Shown here: positions 28,441 through 38,631 of the stretch, one piece after another
How the letters are laid out: each line of letters starts with the position of its first letter
Numbering within the stretch: the first letter of the stretch is position 1
Assembly (NCBI GenBank): GCA_963706325.1
Contig: CAVPLT010000004.1
Span: 224,001-288,000 of the forward strand
Direction: 5' to 3'
DNA: 64,000 nucleotides
Source: an uncultured Nitrospiraceae bacterium
GTDB taxonomy: Bacteria; Nitrospirota; Nitrospiria; Nitrospirales; Nitrospiraceae
Notes under the pieces: generated by a model
Databases searched by the model: none
Told to the model about the DNA's origin: nothing
The model's input: only the letters and a program-made list of their open reading frames with translations
Position numbers and translations under genes: made by a program

Positions 28441-30753
28441 TTACTTGATGGCAACGGCTTTGACCTCCTTGTAGGTCGTGTGGCCCTGCAACACCTTATG
28501 AATACCATCCTGGACGAGGGTGGTCATCCCCTCCGACATAGCGGCCTTAACCATCTCATCAGTTTTTGCCTTGTTCTGAATCAATCGCTTTATTTCATCG
28601 CTTCCCACTAACAGTTCATGCAGCGCCACCCGCCCTTTTAAGCCGGTACGATTGCAGGTGTCGCACCCCTTGCCTCGATACAGACGGAAGGCGGTATCGA
28701 AACCGGTTCCTAAAGCATCCCACGGTTGCGCCCCATACCCCAGCCGCAGTTCCTCGTATTCTTCCTTTGACGGCTGATAGGCCTCTCGGCATTCCTTGCA
28801 AATCCGCCGTGCCAACCGTTGGGCCAGTACGCCTAACATCGCGTCGGCGAAACTAAATGAGTCGCATCCCATATCCAGCAGCCGGGTGATGGTTTCCACC
28901 GCGCTATTGGTGTGCAAGGTGCTCAGTACCAAGTGTCCGGTCAAAGACGCTTCGATCCCGGTATCAGCCGTTTCTTTGTCTCGCATTTCTCCGACCATGA
29001 TCACATCCGGGTCGGCTCGGAGAAACGCCCGCATTGCCGCGGCGAACGTGAATCCGATTTTGGCATGGACCTGCACCTGGCGGAGCCCATATTGGGTGAT
29101 TTCGACCGGATCTTCCGCCGTCCAGATTTTGATGTCGGGAGTGTTGATGTGTCCCAGCACTGAGTGCAATGTCGTAGTTTTTCCGGATCCGGTCGGACCC
29201 ACGCAGAGAATAATACCGTAGGGCTTCTGCGCAATATTTTTGATTTCGCGGAGATTCCGGTCCGAAAAGCCCATTTTGTCGAGCGGCAACGGTTCGCTCG
29301 CAGCCAGGATCCGCATCACCACATCTTCGTTATAGCCGGCGGTCGGAATCGTGGCAACGCGCAGTTCGATTTCCTTATTTTCACCAATTTTGAACTTGAT
29401 CTTCCCGTCTTGGGGTTTCCGCCGCTCCGCGATGTCGAGACTCGCCATGATCTTGAGACGAGACACGATGGCCCGGCGATAACTCGGTGGAATCTTCATA
29501 TACTCGAAGCAGTCGCCGTCGACTCGAAACCGCACCAGCGTATCGCGTTTTTCTCCATAGGGTTCGATGTGGATGTCGGAGGTGCCTTGCCGGAAAGCGT
29601 CGGCGATAATTTGGTTGGCCAGACGCACAATGGCATTATCGTTTTCATCAAGGCCTGAGCTGGAGGCATCTTCCTGGGCTTCGAGTTGGGACTCATTGAC
29701 CAGTTCGCCAAGAATGTCCGAGACATTCTCATTATTCTTTATCGACGTTTCCGGCGTCCCGGTGGTACTCGAGAGGAACAGCGAGATGTCGCGGCGCAGG
29801 CTGACGGCAAATCGAATATTCAATCCGGGGAAGGTGCGTTTGATGTCTTGGACCCGATCCAGGTCGCCTGGATCATCAGTCAAAATTTCAATCGCAGCGC
29901 GATCCCGCTTGAGCGGCATCCAATGGTTTTTCTTTAGATAGTCGACATTGAGATTCTTGAGTAATTCGATATCGACAATCGTGCGCTCGCTGTATTCGAT
30001 ATAAGGGCACTTATGATATTGCGCGAGCGATTTGCCGAGGTCGGCTTTCGGGATTTTGTATTTTTCGATCAGCAGGGACTCGATATCAGTGGAGCCTTTT
30101 TTGGATTCGTTGACGGCATTATCCAGATCGTTTTGTGCAATCTTTCCGTTCGCCAACAGGAAATCAAATTTGGAAGGAGGTTTCTTCGACGTCTTTCGAA
30201 GGCTGTAAAAGGCGGTTCCCAGCGATTTGGCAATCTCCGCAACGCTCTCTTCGTCCTTTCGGGTGAATCGCCCTCCGCTCTTTTTGTTCAGGAGCTGGAT
30301 CACTCCCATCAGGTATTTGTTTTCCGCGACCACCGGATAGGTCAGAACCTGCTTGGTCTTGAATCCGGTGGTTTTGTCGTACGTGGAATCGTGGGCGAGG
30401 GACGGGTGTACCGCACTGAGTTCCGCCAGACTATAGGCGTCGCCCACGTTGACTGGACGAAGATATTTGGCGCAGAAGCCGGCGAGGCTTTGTTCCGTAA
30501 TCGGGATGCGGACTTCCTGTATAGTGTCGAGATGGGGAATCTTCGAAAAGATTTCTTTTTTTTCGGAATCGACCACGAAAAGGGTGAGATCTTCTGCATC
30601 AAAACAACTGAGGATCTCATGACGGAGATCCAGCAGAATCTGATCGATGTCGCTCGCCGCGAGGATGTGCGTGCTGATCCGTTTGATTGTTTCAGCAAGC
30701 CCGGATTTGAGGGTGCTGTCGCTGATACCGGACAGCGGAGCTTTGGGCTGCAT
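28441..30753 (-). CDS. PilB/GspE-family secretion ATPase with an N-terminal GAF domain
   Basis: GAF-like N-terminus (VIQLLNKKSGGRFTRKDE), SDIHIEP, ERRKPQDG, Walker A GPTGSGKT, LRADPDVIMVGEMRD and the tetracysteine motif. Confidence 0.92.
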   Translation of the reverse strand: MQPKAPLSGISDSTLKSGLAETIKRISTHILAASDIDQILLDLRHEILSCFDAEDLTLFVVDSEKKEIFSKIPHLDTIQEVRIPITEQSLAGFCAKYLRPVNVGDAYSLAELSAVHPSLAHDSTYDKTTGFKTKQVLTYPVVAENKYLMGVIQLLNKKSGGRFTRKDEESVAEIAKSLGTAFYSLRKTSKKPPSKFDFLLANGKIAQNDLDNAVNESKKGSTDIESLLIEKYKIPKADLGKSLAQYHKCPYIEYSERTIVDIELLKNLNVDYLKKNHWMPLKRDRAAIEILTDDPGDLDRVQDIKRTFPGLNIRFAVSLRRDISLFLSSTTGTPETSIKNNENVSDILGELVNESQLEAQEDASSSGLDENDNAIVRLANQIIADAFRQGTSDIHIEPYGEKRDTLVRFRVDGDCFEYMKIPPSYRRAIVSRLKIMASLDIAERRKPQDGKIKFKIGENKEIELRVATIPTAGYNEDVVMRILAASEPLPLDKMGFSDRNLREIKNIAQKPYGIILCVGPTGSGKTTTLHSVLGHINTPDIKIWTAEDPVEITQYGLRQVQVHAKIGFTFAAAMRAFLRADPDVIMVGEMRDKETADTGIEASLTGHLVLSTLHTNSAVETITRLLDMGCDSFSFADAMLGVLAQRLARRICKECREAYQPSKEEYEELRLGYGAQPWDALGTGFDTAFRLYRGKGCDTCNRTGLKGRVALHELLVGSDEIKRLIQNKAKTDEMVKAAMSEGMTTLVQDGIHKVLQGHTTYKEVKAVAIK

Positions 30754-31001
30754 CGAGCTATCTCCACACCAATTGGAAGCGCGGCTGGTTTTGTGACGAC
30801 CAGCGACCTATGCCTGGCCTCGGATTTGTTCGAGGAATGAGTTTCGTCCAGAGCGTGTCCCGTGTGTGAGTGTATCCCAACAGGCAGTCAAGGCAAGCAA
30901 AAGGCACTTTCTCGGAGACCTTACCTCAGGTGATTGCGTACGCAGCCGGATTGGCGAGCGGTAGCAGGATTCGTGGGGTCGACGGGATAAAGGGGGTGAA
31001 A

Positions 31002-32708
31002 TTAGGCGGCTCTGCTGAGCCAGGAAGCCAATGTGGCAAGCACTTGATCGGGACTGACTTTTGTGGTGTCGCCGGTCTGACGAAGTTTGAGTTCCACTTG
31101 CCCTTGGGCAAGCCCTTTCTCGCCAATGACCAAGTGGTAGGGAGCGCCGATCAAGTCGGCATCGTTAAATTTGACCCCCGCCCGTTCATCCCGATCGTCC
31201 CACAGCACCTCAATGCCGGCATCCTGCAATGAGGCGTAGAGGGTTTCCGCCAATTGCGTGACCGGCTGTGACTGACTCAATGGGAGGAGGGTGACGTGAA
31301 AAGGAGCGATGGGAACAGGCCACTTGATACCTTTGGCATCATGATTCTGCTCGACCGAGGCTGCGGCGGTACGGCTTACGCCGATGCCATAACAGCCCAT
31401 GACCGCCAGTTGTTCTTGTCCCTGCGCATCAAGGAACGTCGCGTTCATGGCTTGGCTGTATTTTGTCCCTAACATAAAAACATGGCCGACTTCGATGCCT
31501 TTGGCTGCTTTCAAGATGCCGTCGTTGTGCGGAGAGGGGTCGCCGACCTGCGCATTGCGGAGATCAGCAAATTGGTCAACGGCGAAATCCCGCGCCCAGT
31601 TGGCATCCATGAGATGTGTGTCGGCCTGATTGGCTCCCACGACGAAGTTGGCCATGCCTTTCACGGCCCAATCGGCCAAAATACGAATCTGCTTTAATCC
31701 AACCGGCCCCACAAAGCCCACCGGCGCGCCGATCAGAGCAGGCACAAGTTCAGGATTGACGAGCTCAAGATTGGTCACGCCGAGGAGTCGTTTGACTTTG
31801 ACCTCATTCACGTCATGGTCGCCCCGAATGAGTACGGCGATCGTCTCCCGCCCAGTGGTATAGAGCAAGGTCTTGACGAGTTGCCGGGGCGTGATTTTCA
31901 AAAAAGCCGTGACCTCTTCAACCGTCCGTCGTCCGGGCGTGGCGACAGGGGTCAGTGAGCGGTGAGGTGTCTCATCGGTTGCGGACGGCGGCAACACTTC
32001 AGCGCGCTCGACATTGGCGGCGTAGGTGCCAGTCTCGCTGTAGACGATAGTTTCTTCGCCAGTGTCGGAAAGCACCATGAACTCATGCGACGAGGTACCT
32101 CCGATTAGCCCGGTGTCGGCTTCTACCGGGCGAAAGGTGAGGCCGCAGCGTGTGAAAATGCGGTTGTATGCATCGTACATTTTTTGATAGTTCAGCCTGG
32201 CTCCGGCCTCGTCCTTGTCGAAGCTGTAGGCATCTTTCATGATGAATTCACGCCCGCGCATCAGTCCGAAGCGAGGGCGGATTTCGTCACGGAATTTTGT
32301 CTGGATCTGATAAAAGTTCATCGGCAATTGCCGGTAGGAGCGGACTTCCCGCCGAAAGAGATCGGTGATCACTTCCTCGTGTGTCGGTCCCAGACAGAAA
32401 TCGCGCTCGTGCCGATCCTTGAATCGAAGCAGTTCTTTGCCGTAAAAGTCCCAGCGTCCCGTTTCACGCCACAGTTCAGCCGGAGAAGCGACCGGCATCA
32501 GCAACTCTTGGGCGCCGGCGCGGTTCATTTCTTCACGGACGATGCGTTCGATTTTGCGAAGAACTCGCAGGCCCAGGGGGAGGTAGATGTAAATCCCGGC
32601 TGCGACTTTTCGAATCATCCCCGCGCGCAGCATGAGACGATGGCTGACAGTTTCAGCTTCGCCTGGGTCTTCGCGCAATGTGGGAATGAGGGTTTGGGTG
32701 ACGCGCAT
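31002..32708 (-). CDS. proS: prolyl-tRNA synthetase
   Basis: PTLREDP, SHRLMLRAG, FRDEIRPRFGLMRGREF and MGCYGIG. Confidence 0.98.
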   Translation of the reverse strand: MRVTQTLIPTLREDPGEAETVSHRLMLRAGMIRKVAAGIYIYLPLGLRVLRKIERIVREEMNRAGAQELLMPVASPAELWRETGRWDFYGKELLRFKDRHERDFCLGPTHEEVITDLFRREVRSYRQLPMNFYQIQTKFRDEIRPRFGLMRGREFIMKDAYSFDKDEAGARLNYQKMYDAYNRIFTRCGLTFRPVEADTGLIGGTSSHEFMVLSDTGEETIVYSETGTYAANVERAEVLPPSATDETPHRSLTPVATPGRRTVEEVTAFLKITPRQLVKTLLYTTGRETIAVLIRGDHDVNEVKVKRLLGVTNLELVNPELVPALIGAPVGFVGPVGLKQIRILADWAVKGMANFVVGANQADTHLMDANWARDFAVDQFADLRNAQVGDPSPHNDGILKAAKGIEVGHVFMLGTKYSQAMNATFLDAQGQEQLAVMGCYGIGVSRTAAASVEQNHDAKGIKWPVPIAPFHVTLLPLSQSQPVTQLAETLYASLQDAGIEVLWDDRDERAGVKFNDADLIGAPYHLVIGEKGLAQGQVELKLRQTGDTTKVSPDQVLATLASWLSRAA

Positions 32709-32713
32709 GCGGA

Positions 32714-34105
32714 TTACGGAGAAATCAATCGCTCGATATCATTCCAAAAGGCAAAAATCATGATGCCCACGAGCAGAACCAGGCCGACTTGTTGCGCTAG
32801 CTCTCGTTGGCGATCCTCCAAAGGTTTCCGCCGGATAGCTTCGATAAAGAAAAACATCAAGTGGCCGCCGTCCAAAATAGGAATAGGCAGGAGATTGAGC
32901 ACACCTAGATTAATGCTGAGCATGGCCATGAGGAACACCAAACTGGAGGCCCCTTGTTCAGCTGCGTCCCCGGCGGTTTTGGCGATCGTGAGCGGTCCAC
33001 CGATATTCTTGCGAGAAATATCCCCCGTGATAATCTTATAAATTCCCACCACTGTCAGTTCGGTCCACCCCCAGGTGGCTTTCGCCCCAAGCCATGGCGC
33101 TTTGAGGGGATCGTTGGTTTGGAGAATGGTCTGGTTCTGAGCCGAAATGCCGATCTTCCCGATTTCAATCGGTTTCCCATCCACTGTGGTTTTTTCACCT
33201 AGGGGAGTAACAGAAAATGATTGGTCCGCGCCGCTGCGTTGAATATCAAACTGAAGCGTCTTGTTAGGGTTTTCTCGCACCAGGGACGTCATCTGAGACC
33301 AGGTGAAGATATCATGCCCGTCGATGCGGACGACCCGATCACCCGCCGAGAGTCCGGCGGCCTGTGCGCGCGATCCTGGTATCACCGCAGTAATGACAGG
33401 CGCCCGCTCTTCGATACCAAGTTGATAGACACTGACGGCTTTGCCGTTGTCCTGTAACGTCGTTTTGCTCGGGGTCACGAGCACCGTCTTGACGTGTTCT
33501 CCGCGCGTAAGGTCCAGCGTGAGCTGTTTACCGTTGCTTTGGGAGATGTATTTTAGGAGTTCGGCACTCGTCGAAATTTCTTTTTCGTTGACTCGAAGAA
33601 CACGGTCGCCCGGCTTCAACCCCGCCTGGTCGGCTGGGGACCCTGGCAGCACAGCTTCAACCTCGGGGATGATGTCCTTGAAGCTAGGGACCGGTAAGGT
33701 ATATCCCAAACCGATGTAGACCGTATAAATAAGGTAGGCCAGAATGAAATTGAAAATAGGTCCGGCTGCGACGATCAGCGTCTTTCCCCAGAGAGACTGA
33801 TGGGCAAACGCACGTTTTTTGTCATCCGGTGTGATCGTTTCCTGTTCGTCCTCTCCAAAGAGCTTGACGTAGCCCCCCAGAGGCACCGCGGATAACAGAT
33901 ACTCGGTTTCTCCGACCTGCCGCCCAAAAATCTTCGGCCCGAAGCCGAGGGAAAACTTCAAGACTTTGACCCCGACCCAGCGTGCGGCCAGAAAATGGCC
34001 CATTTCATGGAAGGCGACGAGGACGCCCAGCACGACGAGGAACGGAAGCGCCCAATGGGTCAGAAGCGAGACGAAATCAGGTGACCAGGCAAAGGCTGTT
34101 CCCAC
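32714..34105 (-). CDS. rseP: RIP metalloprotease RseP
   Basis: HEMGH, two PDZ domains and NLLPIPILDGG. Confidence 0.97.
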   Translation of the reverse strand: MGTAFAWSPDFVSLLTHWALPFLVVLGVLVAFHEMGHFLAARWVGVKVLKFSLGFGPKIFGRQVGETEYLLSAVPLGGYVKLFGEDEQETITPDDKKRAFAHQSLWGKTLIVAAGPIFNFILAYLIYTVYIGLGYTLPVPSFKDIIPEVEAVLPGSPADQAGLKPGDRVLRVNEKEISTSAELLKYISQSNGKQLTLDLTRGEHVKTVLVTPSKTTLQDNGKAVSVYQLGIEERAPVITAVIPGSRAQAAGLSAGDRVVRIDGHDIFTWSQMTSLVRENPNKTLQFDIQRSGADQSFSVTPLGEKTTVDGKPIEIGKIGISAQNQTILQTNDPLKAPWLGAKATWGWTELTVVGIYKIITGDISRKNIGGPLTIAKTAGDAAEQGASSLVFLMAMLSINLGVLNLLPIPILDGGHLMFFFIEAIRRKPLEDRQRELAQQVGLVLLVGIMIFAFWNDIERLISP

Positions 34106-34130
34106 AACAACACTCCTTGGGTTCAGAATA

Positions 34131-35291
34131 TTACTGCGTCAGGGCATGCACGAGGGACCCGGCTTTTTCGCGAGCCCAGCGATCAGCCTCCAACGCATCA
34201 TCTAAGCCGTCAATCTGCCGCGGCGTATGTGCTTCCATTGTACTCCGAATGACCTCCGGAATATCGAGAAAACGAATTCCGCTCTGAAGAAATGCCTCAA
34301 CGGCCACTTCATTGGCCGCGTTCATCGTTGCCGGCATGGTTCCGCCGGTCTGCAGTGCGTCATATCCCAACTGCAAACAGGGGAACCGGTCGTGATCCGG
34401 TTTGAAAAACGTGAGCTTGCTGATTTCGGCCAGGTCCAGCGACGGTAATTCCAACGGCATTCGTTCAGGATAACGCATGGCGTAGGAAATCGGGGTGCGC
34501 ATGTCGGGTAACCCAAGCTGAGCGATTACCGACCGGTCGGTGTATTCGACCAGAGAATGGATAATGCTCTCGCGATGGATCAGTACTTCGATTTGACTGT
34601 CCGGAATGTCAAAAAGCCAGCGCGCTTCAATGACCTCCAGCCCTTTGTTCATCAGCGTGGCTGAGTCGATGGTAATCTTCGAGCCCATTTTCCAGTTCGG
34701 ATGTTGCAGCGCCCGTTCAGGGCCGACGTCCTGCAATTGTTCGCGCGTGAAATCCCAGAGGGGACCTCCCGAGGCGGTGAGGATCACGCGTTTGACATCT
34801 TCACGCCGGTGGCCTTCGAGCGATTGGAAAATAGCGCTATGCTCACTGTCGACCGGAAAAATGCGGACGTGATGCTTCTTAGCTTCGGCTTGCATCAGTG
34901 CCCCCGCCATGACCATCGGCTCTTTATTGGCGAGAGCGATCTGCTTTCCGGCGCGAATGGCGGCCAACGTTGGGACTAGCCCTGCGCCGCCGACAATAGC
35001 CGACACGATCAATTCAGCGTCCGGCGATTGTGCGACCTGCGCGACGCCGTCGTTTCCCGAGAGAATGCGGACGGGCAGATCACTACATCGTTGACGCAGC
35101 CTTGCCGCTGCGGACTCGCTGGCGAGCGCCGCGTAGGTCGGTCGAAATCGTCGAATCTGCGCTTCGAGTTTGTCATCGTTTGCGCCGGCGGTCATGCCAA
35201 TGACTCGAAAGTCTTGCGGAAACCGATCCACAATATCGAGGGTGTTGGTTCCGATCGAGCCGGTCGATCCTAAAATGACGATATTCTTCAT
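34131..35291 (-). CDS. dxr: 1-deoxy-D-xylulose-5-phosphate reductoisomerase
   Basis: LGSTGSIG, LANKE, PVDSEH and HPNWKMGSKITIDSAT. Confidence 0.98.
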   Translation of the reverse strand: MKNIVILGSTGSIGTNTLDIVDRFPQDFRVIGMTAGANDDKLEAQIRRFRPTYAALASESAAARLRQRCSDLPVRILSGNDGVAQVAQSPDAELIVSAIVGGAGLVPTLAAIRAGKQIALANKEPMVMAGALMQAEAKKHHVRIFPVDSEHSAIFQSLEGHRREDVKRVILTASGGPLWDFTREQLQDVGPERALQHPNWKMGSKITIDSATLMNKGLEVIEARWLFDIPDSQIEVLIHRESIIHSLVEYTDRSVIAQLGLPDMRTPISYAMRYPERMPLELPSLDLAEISKLTFFKPDHDRFPCLQLGYDALQTGGTMPATMNAANEVAVEAFLQSGIRFLDIPEVIRSTMEAHTPRQIDGLDDALEADRWAREKAGSLVHALTQ

Positions 35292-35323
35292 GGCATGCTC
35301 CCGAGCAAGCGGACAGTTATCCG

Positions 35324-36172
35324 TTATACATGATGGGTGATGGTGACATAGTAGTAAAAGGCCGGGCCCGTGAACAAGAGGCTATCCAGTCGGTCCAGCA
35401 TGCCTCCGTGTCCGGGAATCAGCGCGCCGGAGTCTTTGAAGCCCGCACTTCGCTTAATGGCGGATTCCGCAAGGTCACCCATGAGTCCAACTATGGTGAG
35501 GATCACGGCCAGCGCGATGCAATCCATGAACGAAAACTCCGGGAGAAACCAGCCCCGCGCCACGAGGGCCGTGACGCAAGCGAGGGTCAAGCCGCCGGCC
35601 AAACCCTCATACGTTTTTTTGTGACTGATCACCGGCGCGAGCGCGTGCCGTCCGAGGGATTTTCCGACGATATAGGCGCCTGTATCACCTGCCCAGGTCA
35701 CGAGAAATAAGAAGAATATGAGCTGCGTTCCCTCAGGCAAACCCCTGATTAGCAGAAGGTAGCTGAGGGTCAAGCCGATATAAAGCACGCCCATCACCAA
35801 GACCAAGCCATCCCTGAGTGCGTCCCGCGTCGGTTTTGCGGACAACATCGGAATGCAAAGCGCGATGACAACGGTGCTGAGGAGCACGACGCGATCGGGC
35901 AGGAGAGTGGGCCACTGTATACTGCCCAATAAGCAGGCGGTGGTTGCCACACCCACCCAGCTCCACCAAGGCCATGGAGCCTGTCCCAGATGGAGCCGGT
36001 AAAATTCGCCCACCGCCAGCATCGCGGCAACCGCGACCAGACCGAAGAATGCCAGCGGTCCGAAATCGTGCACTAAAACATAAAATAGAGGAAGAAAGAC
36101 GACGGCGGCGAGGACGCGACGAAGGATTTCCGATGATGAACGTGGTCGTGCGGCCTCCAGCGGTTTCGGCAT
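35324..36172 (-). CDS. cdsA: phosphatidate cytidylyltransferase
   Basis: DTGAY, ISHKKTYEG and KDSGALIPGHGGMLDRLD. Confidence 0.95.
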   Translation of the reverse strand: MPKPLEAARPRSSSEILRRVLAAVVFLPLFYVLVHDFGPLAFFGLVAVAAMLAVGEFYRLHLGQAPWPWWSWVGVATTACLLGSIQWPTLLPDRVVLLSTVVIALCIPMLSAKPTRDALRDGLVLVMGVLYIGLTLSYLLLIRGLPEGTQLIFFLFLVTWAGDTGAYIVGKSLGRHALAPVISHKKTYEGLAGGLTLACVTALVARGWFLPEFSFMDCIALAVILTIVGLMGDLAESAIKRSAGFKDSGALIPGHGGMLDRLDSLLFTGPAFYYYVTITHHV

Positions 36173-36215
36173 CCTGTCCTCGCACTGGGAAGCTCCCGGT
36201 TTCACCACGAAGAGT

Positions 36216-37001
36216 TTAGGAGGAGACGCTGCTGAACACTCGACCGAACCGGCGCTCTCGCCGCTGGTATTCAATCAACGCAACCAACGTTTCGCGTCGA
36301 CGGAAGTCCGGCCATAGTGTTGGGGTGAAGTAGAGTTCCGTATAGGCCAGTTGCCACAACAGAAAGTTGCTGATACGGGTTTCGCCGCTCGTGCGAATTA
36401 AGAGGTCCGGATCGGGGAGATCGTGAGTATAGAGGGCCTGTTGCACTGTACATTCATCAATGTGCTCGACCGATAATCGCCCGTCTTGAACGGCTCGGGC
36501 CAGATTCTTGGCGGCGTCGACCAGTTCCGCCCGGCCACCGTAACTCAAGGCGACATTGAGGATCAATTTATCCTGGTGGGCCGTGTCCCGCTCGGTGGTC
36601 CTCACCCACTGCAGGGCAGACGGAGGAAGGGAGGAGACCCTGCCGATCGTTCGAAACCGTACCCCCTTTTCGACCAAGCTTGACCGTTCGGTCGAGAGGT
36701 AATGCTCCAAGAGACCCATCAGGGCGGTAATCTCCTGAGCGGGCCGGTTCCAATTTTCTTGTGAAAAGGCGTAGATCGTCACAATCTTGATGCCGAGTTC
36801 GAGCGACAGCGCGATTAATTCGCGCACCGATTTGATGCCTTCCTGGTGGCCGGCAATGCGCGGCAGTCCGCGTAACTCGGCCCATCGACCATTGCCATCC
36901 ATAATCACGGCCAAATGTTTGGGCAGGAGGTCTGGTTCGAGTTGCGAGAGCAGGTCAGAGTCAGCAGCGGGCTCGATATCGCGCGATCGAGAATCGTTCA
37001 T
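36216..37001 (-). CDS. uppS: undecaprenyl diphosphate synthase
   Basis: HLAVIMDGNGRWA, FSQENWNRP and RTSGETRISNFLLWQ. Confidence 0.97.
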   Translation of the reverse strand: MNDSRSRDIEPAADSDLLSQLEPDLLPKHLAVIMDGNGRWAELRGLPRIAGHQEGIKSVRELIALSLELGIKIVTIYAFSQENWNRPAQEITALMGLLEHYLSTERSSLVEKGVRFRTIGRVSSLPPSALQWVRTTERDTAHQDKLILNVALSYGGRAELVDAAKNLARAVQDGRLSVEHIDECTVQQALYTHDLPDPDLLIRTSGETRISNFLLWQLAYTELYFTPTLWPDFRRRETLVALIEYQRRERRFGRVFSSVSS

Positions 37002-37055
37002 GGAGCAGCGTCGGCACCTTTGTTTATTCTGTGTAGATTTCCGAGAGGTAAGGCG

Positions 37056-37084
37056 AGTCTAGCCTCGGGGTATGGGAATGTCAA
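37056..37084 (-). promoter_or_regulatory. sigma70 promoter of the uppS-cdsA-dxr-rseP-proS operon
   Basis: TTGACA-N17-TAGACT on the minus strand. Confidence 0.65.
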
Positions 37085-37193
37085 ACAGTATTTCCAAATT
37101 TCGCTGTATTTGCAGATGGTTCGGGCGCCTTTACATTGCGCCTTTCGAAACGAGTGCGTTATACTCAGCGACCGCACGAGAGGAGTATTGTTT

Positions 37194-38630
37194 ATGGCTG
37201 AGAACGAGGCTGGCGCGCTGGCGCGTTTCGGGATGACTGATCGAGAAATTGAGCAGGCGCTGGGGCGGGTCAAGATATCCACAGTTGATTACGCCGACTT
37301 ATATTTTGAATATTGTCAGTCGGAGTCGGTTTCCATGGAAGAGGGGATCGTCAAGCGGGCCACAAAGAGTATCGGGCAAGGGGTCGGCGTGCGCGCGACC
37401 GTCGGCGAAAAAACAGGGTTTGCCTACTCCGATGAACTGACGTCGAAAGATCTGAACATCGCCGCCGAGACGGCGCGATATATTGCTGATTCAGGCCAGA
37501 GTACCGCACCAGTTCCCGTGACGCATCGGCCTTCCTTGGCACGGAACCTGTATCCCCACGATCGTATCGACATCGAAGTCGCCACTCGCGATCGGGTCAT
37601 GCTGCTCAATGAGATCGATGCCGAAGCCAGACGGTGCGATCCTCGGATCAAGAACGTGATGGCCGCCTACAACACGGAGTACAAAGTGATGTTGGTTGCG
37701 ACCTCGGACGGCTATATGGTCGGAGACATCCAGCCGCTGTCGCGATTGCAGGTGACCTGCATTGCAGAAGAAAATGGGAATCGGCAGGTCGGGACGTTCG
37801 GCGGCGGCGGTCGGATCGGGCTTGGATATTTTCAACAGGATCAGCGCTACCTGCAATTCGCCAAACAAGCGGCGCGAGAAGCGATCCTCAATCTGAGTGC
37901 CGTCGATGCGCCGGCAGGCGTCATGCCGGTCGTGCTTGGAGGGGGATGGCCCGGTATTCTGCTGCACGAAGCCATCGGACATGGTCTGGAGGCCGACTTC
38001 AACCGCAAGAAGACCTCGGCCTTTTCCAATCTTCTCGGGAAGAAAGTGGCGTCCGAGGTCTGCACGATCGTCGACGATGGGACGCTTCCCTTCAGACGTG
38101 GCTCGCTGAACGTGGATGACGAAGGCACACCCACCAGCCGCACGGTGCTGATCGAGCGAGGCATTTTGCGGGGGTATATTACGGACAAATTGAATGCCCG
38201 TCTCATGAACATTCCCGTCACGGGAAACGGCCGGCGCGAGAGTTATCAGAGTGTTGTGTTGCCGCGTATGACCAATACCTTCATGCTGGCCGGCGAATCC
38301 GACCCGCAGGACATCATCAAGTCCGTGAAGAAGGGTCTCTATGCCGTGTCGTTCGGTGGCGGGCAAGTGGACATCACCAACGGCAAGTTTGTATTTTCCG
38401 CCAGCGAAGCCTACCTCATCGAAGATGGACAGATTACCAAGCCGGTAAAGGGGGCGACGTTGATTGGTAGCGGACCGGAGATCTTGAAGCAGGTCTCAAT
38501 GGTGGGGCACGACTTGAAGCTGGATGAAGGCATCGGAACCTGTGGAAAAGAAGGGCAGTCGGTGCCGGTCGGCGTCGGTCTGCCGACCATCCGCATCAAT
38601 GAAATCACCGTCGGCGGGACGAAGGCATAA
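37194..38630 (+). CDS. tldD: metalloprotease TldD
   Basis: DYADLYFE, HEAIGHGLEADFNRK, PRMTNT and TCGKEGQSVPVG; ATG after AGGAG. Confidence 0.96.
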   Translation: MAENEAGALARFGMTDREIEQALGRVKISTVDYADLYFEYCQSESVSMEEGIVKRATKSIGQGVGVRATVGEKTGFAYSDELTSKDLNIAAETARYIADSGQSTAPVPVTHRPSLARNLYPHDRIDIEVATRDRVMLLNEIDAEARRCDPRIKNVMAAYNTEYKVMLVATSDGYMVGDIQPLSRLQVTCIAEENGNRQVGTFGGGGRIGLGYFQQDQRYLQFAKQAAREAILNLSAVDAPAGVMPVVLGGGWPGILLHEAIGHGLEADFNRKKTSAFSNLLGKKVASEVCTIVDDGTLPFRRGSLNVDDEGTPTSRTVLIERGILRGYITDKLNARLMNIPVTGNGRRESYQSVVLPRMTNTFMLAGESDPQDIIKSVKKGLYAVSFGGGQVDITNGKFVFSASEAYLIEDGQITKPVKGATLIGSGPEILKQVSMVGHDLKLDEGIGTCGKEGQSVPVGVGLPTIRINEITVGGTKA

Positions 38631-38631
38631 C

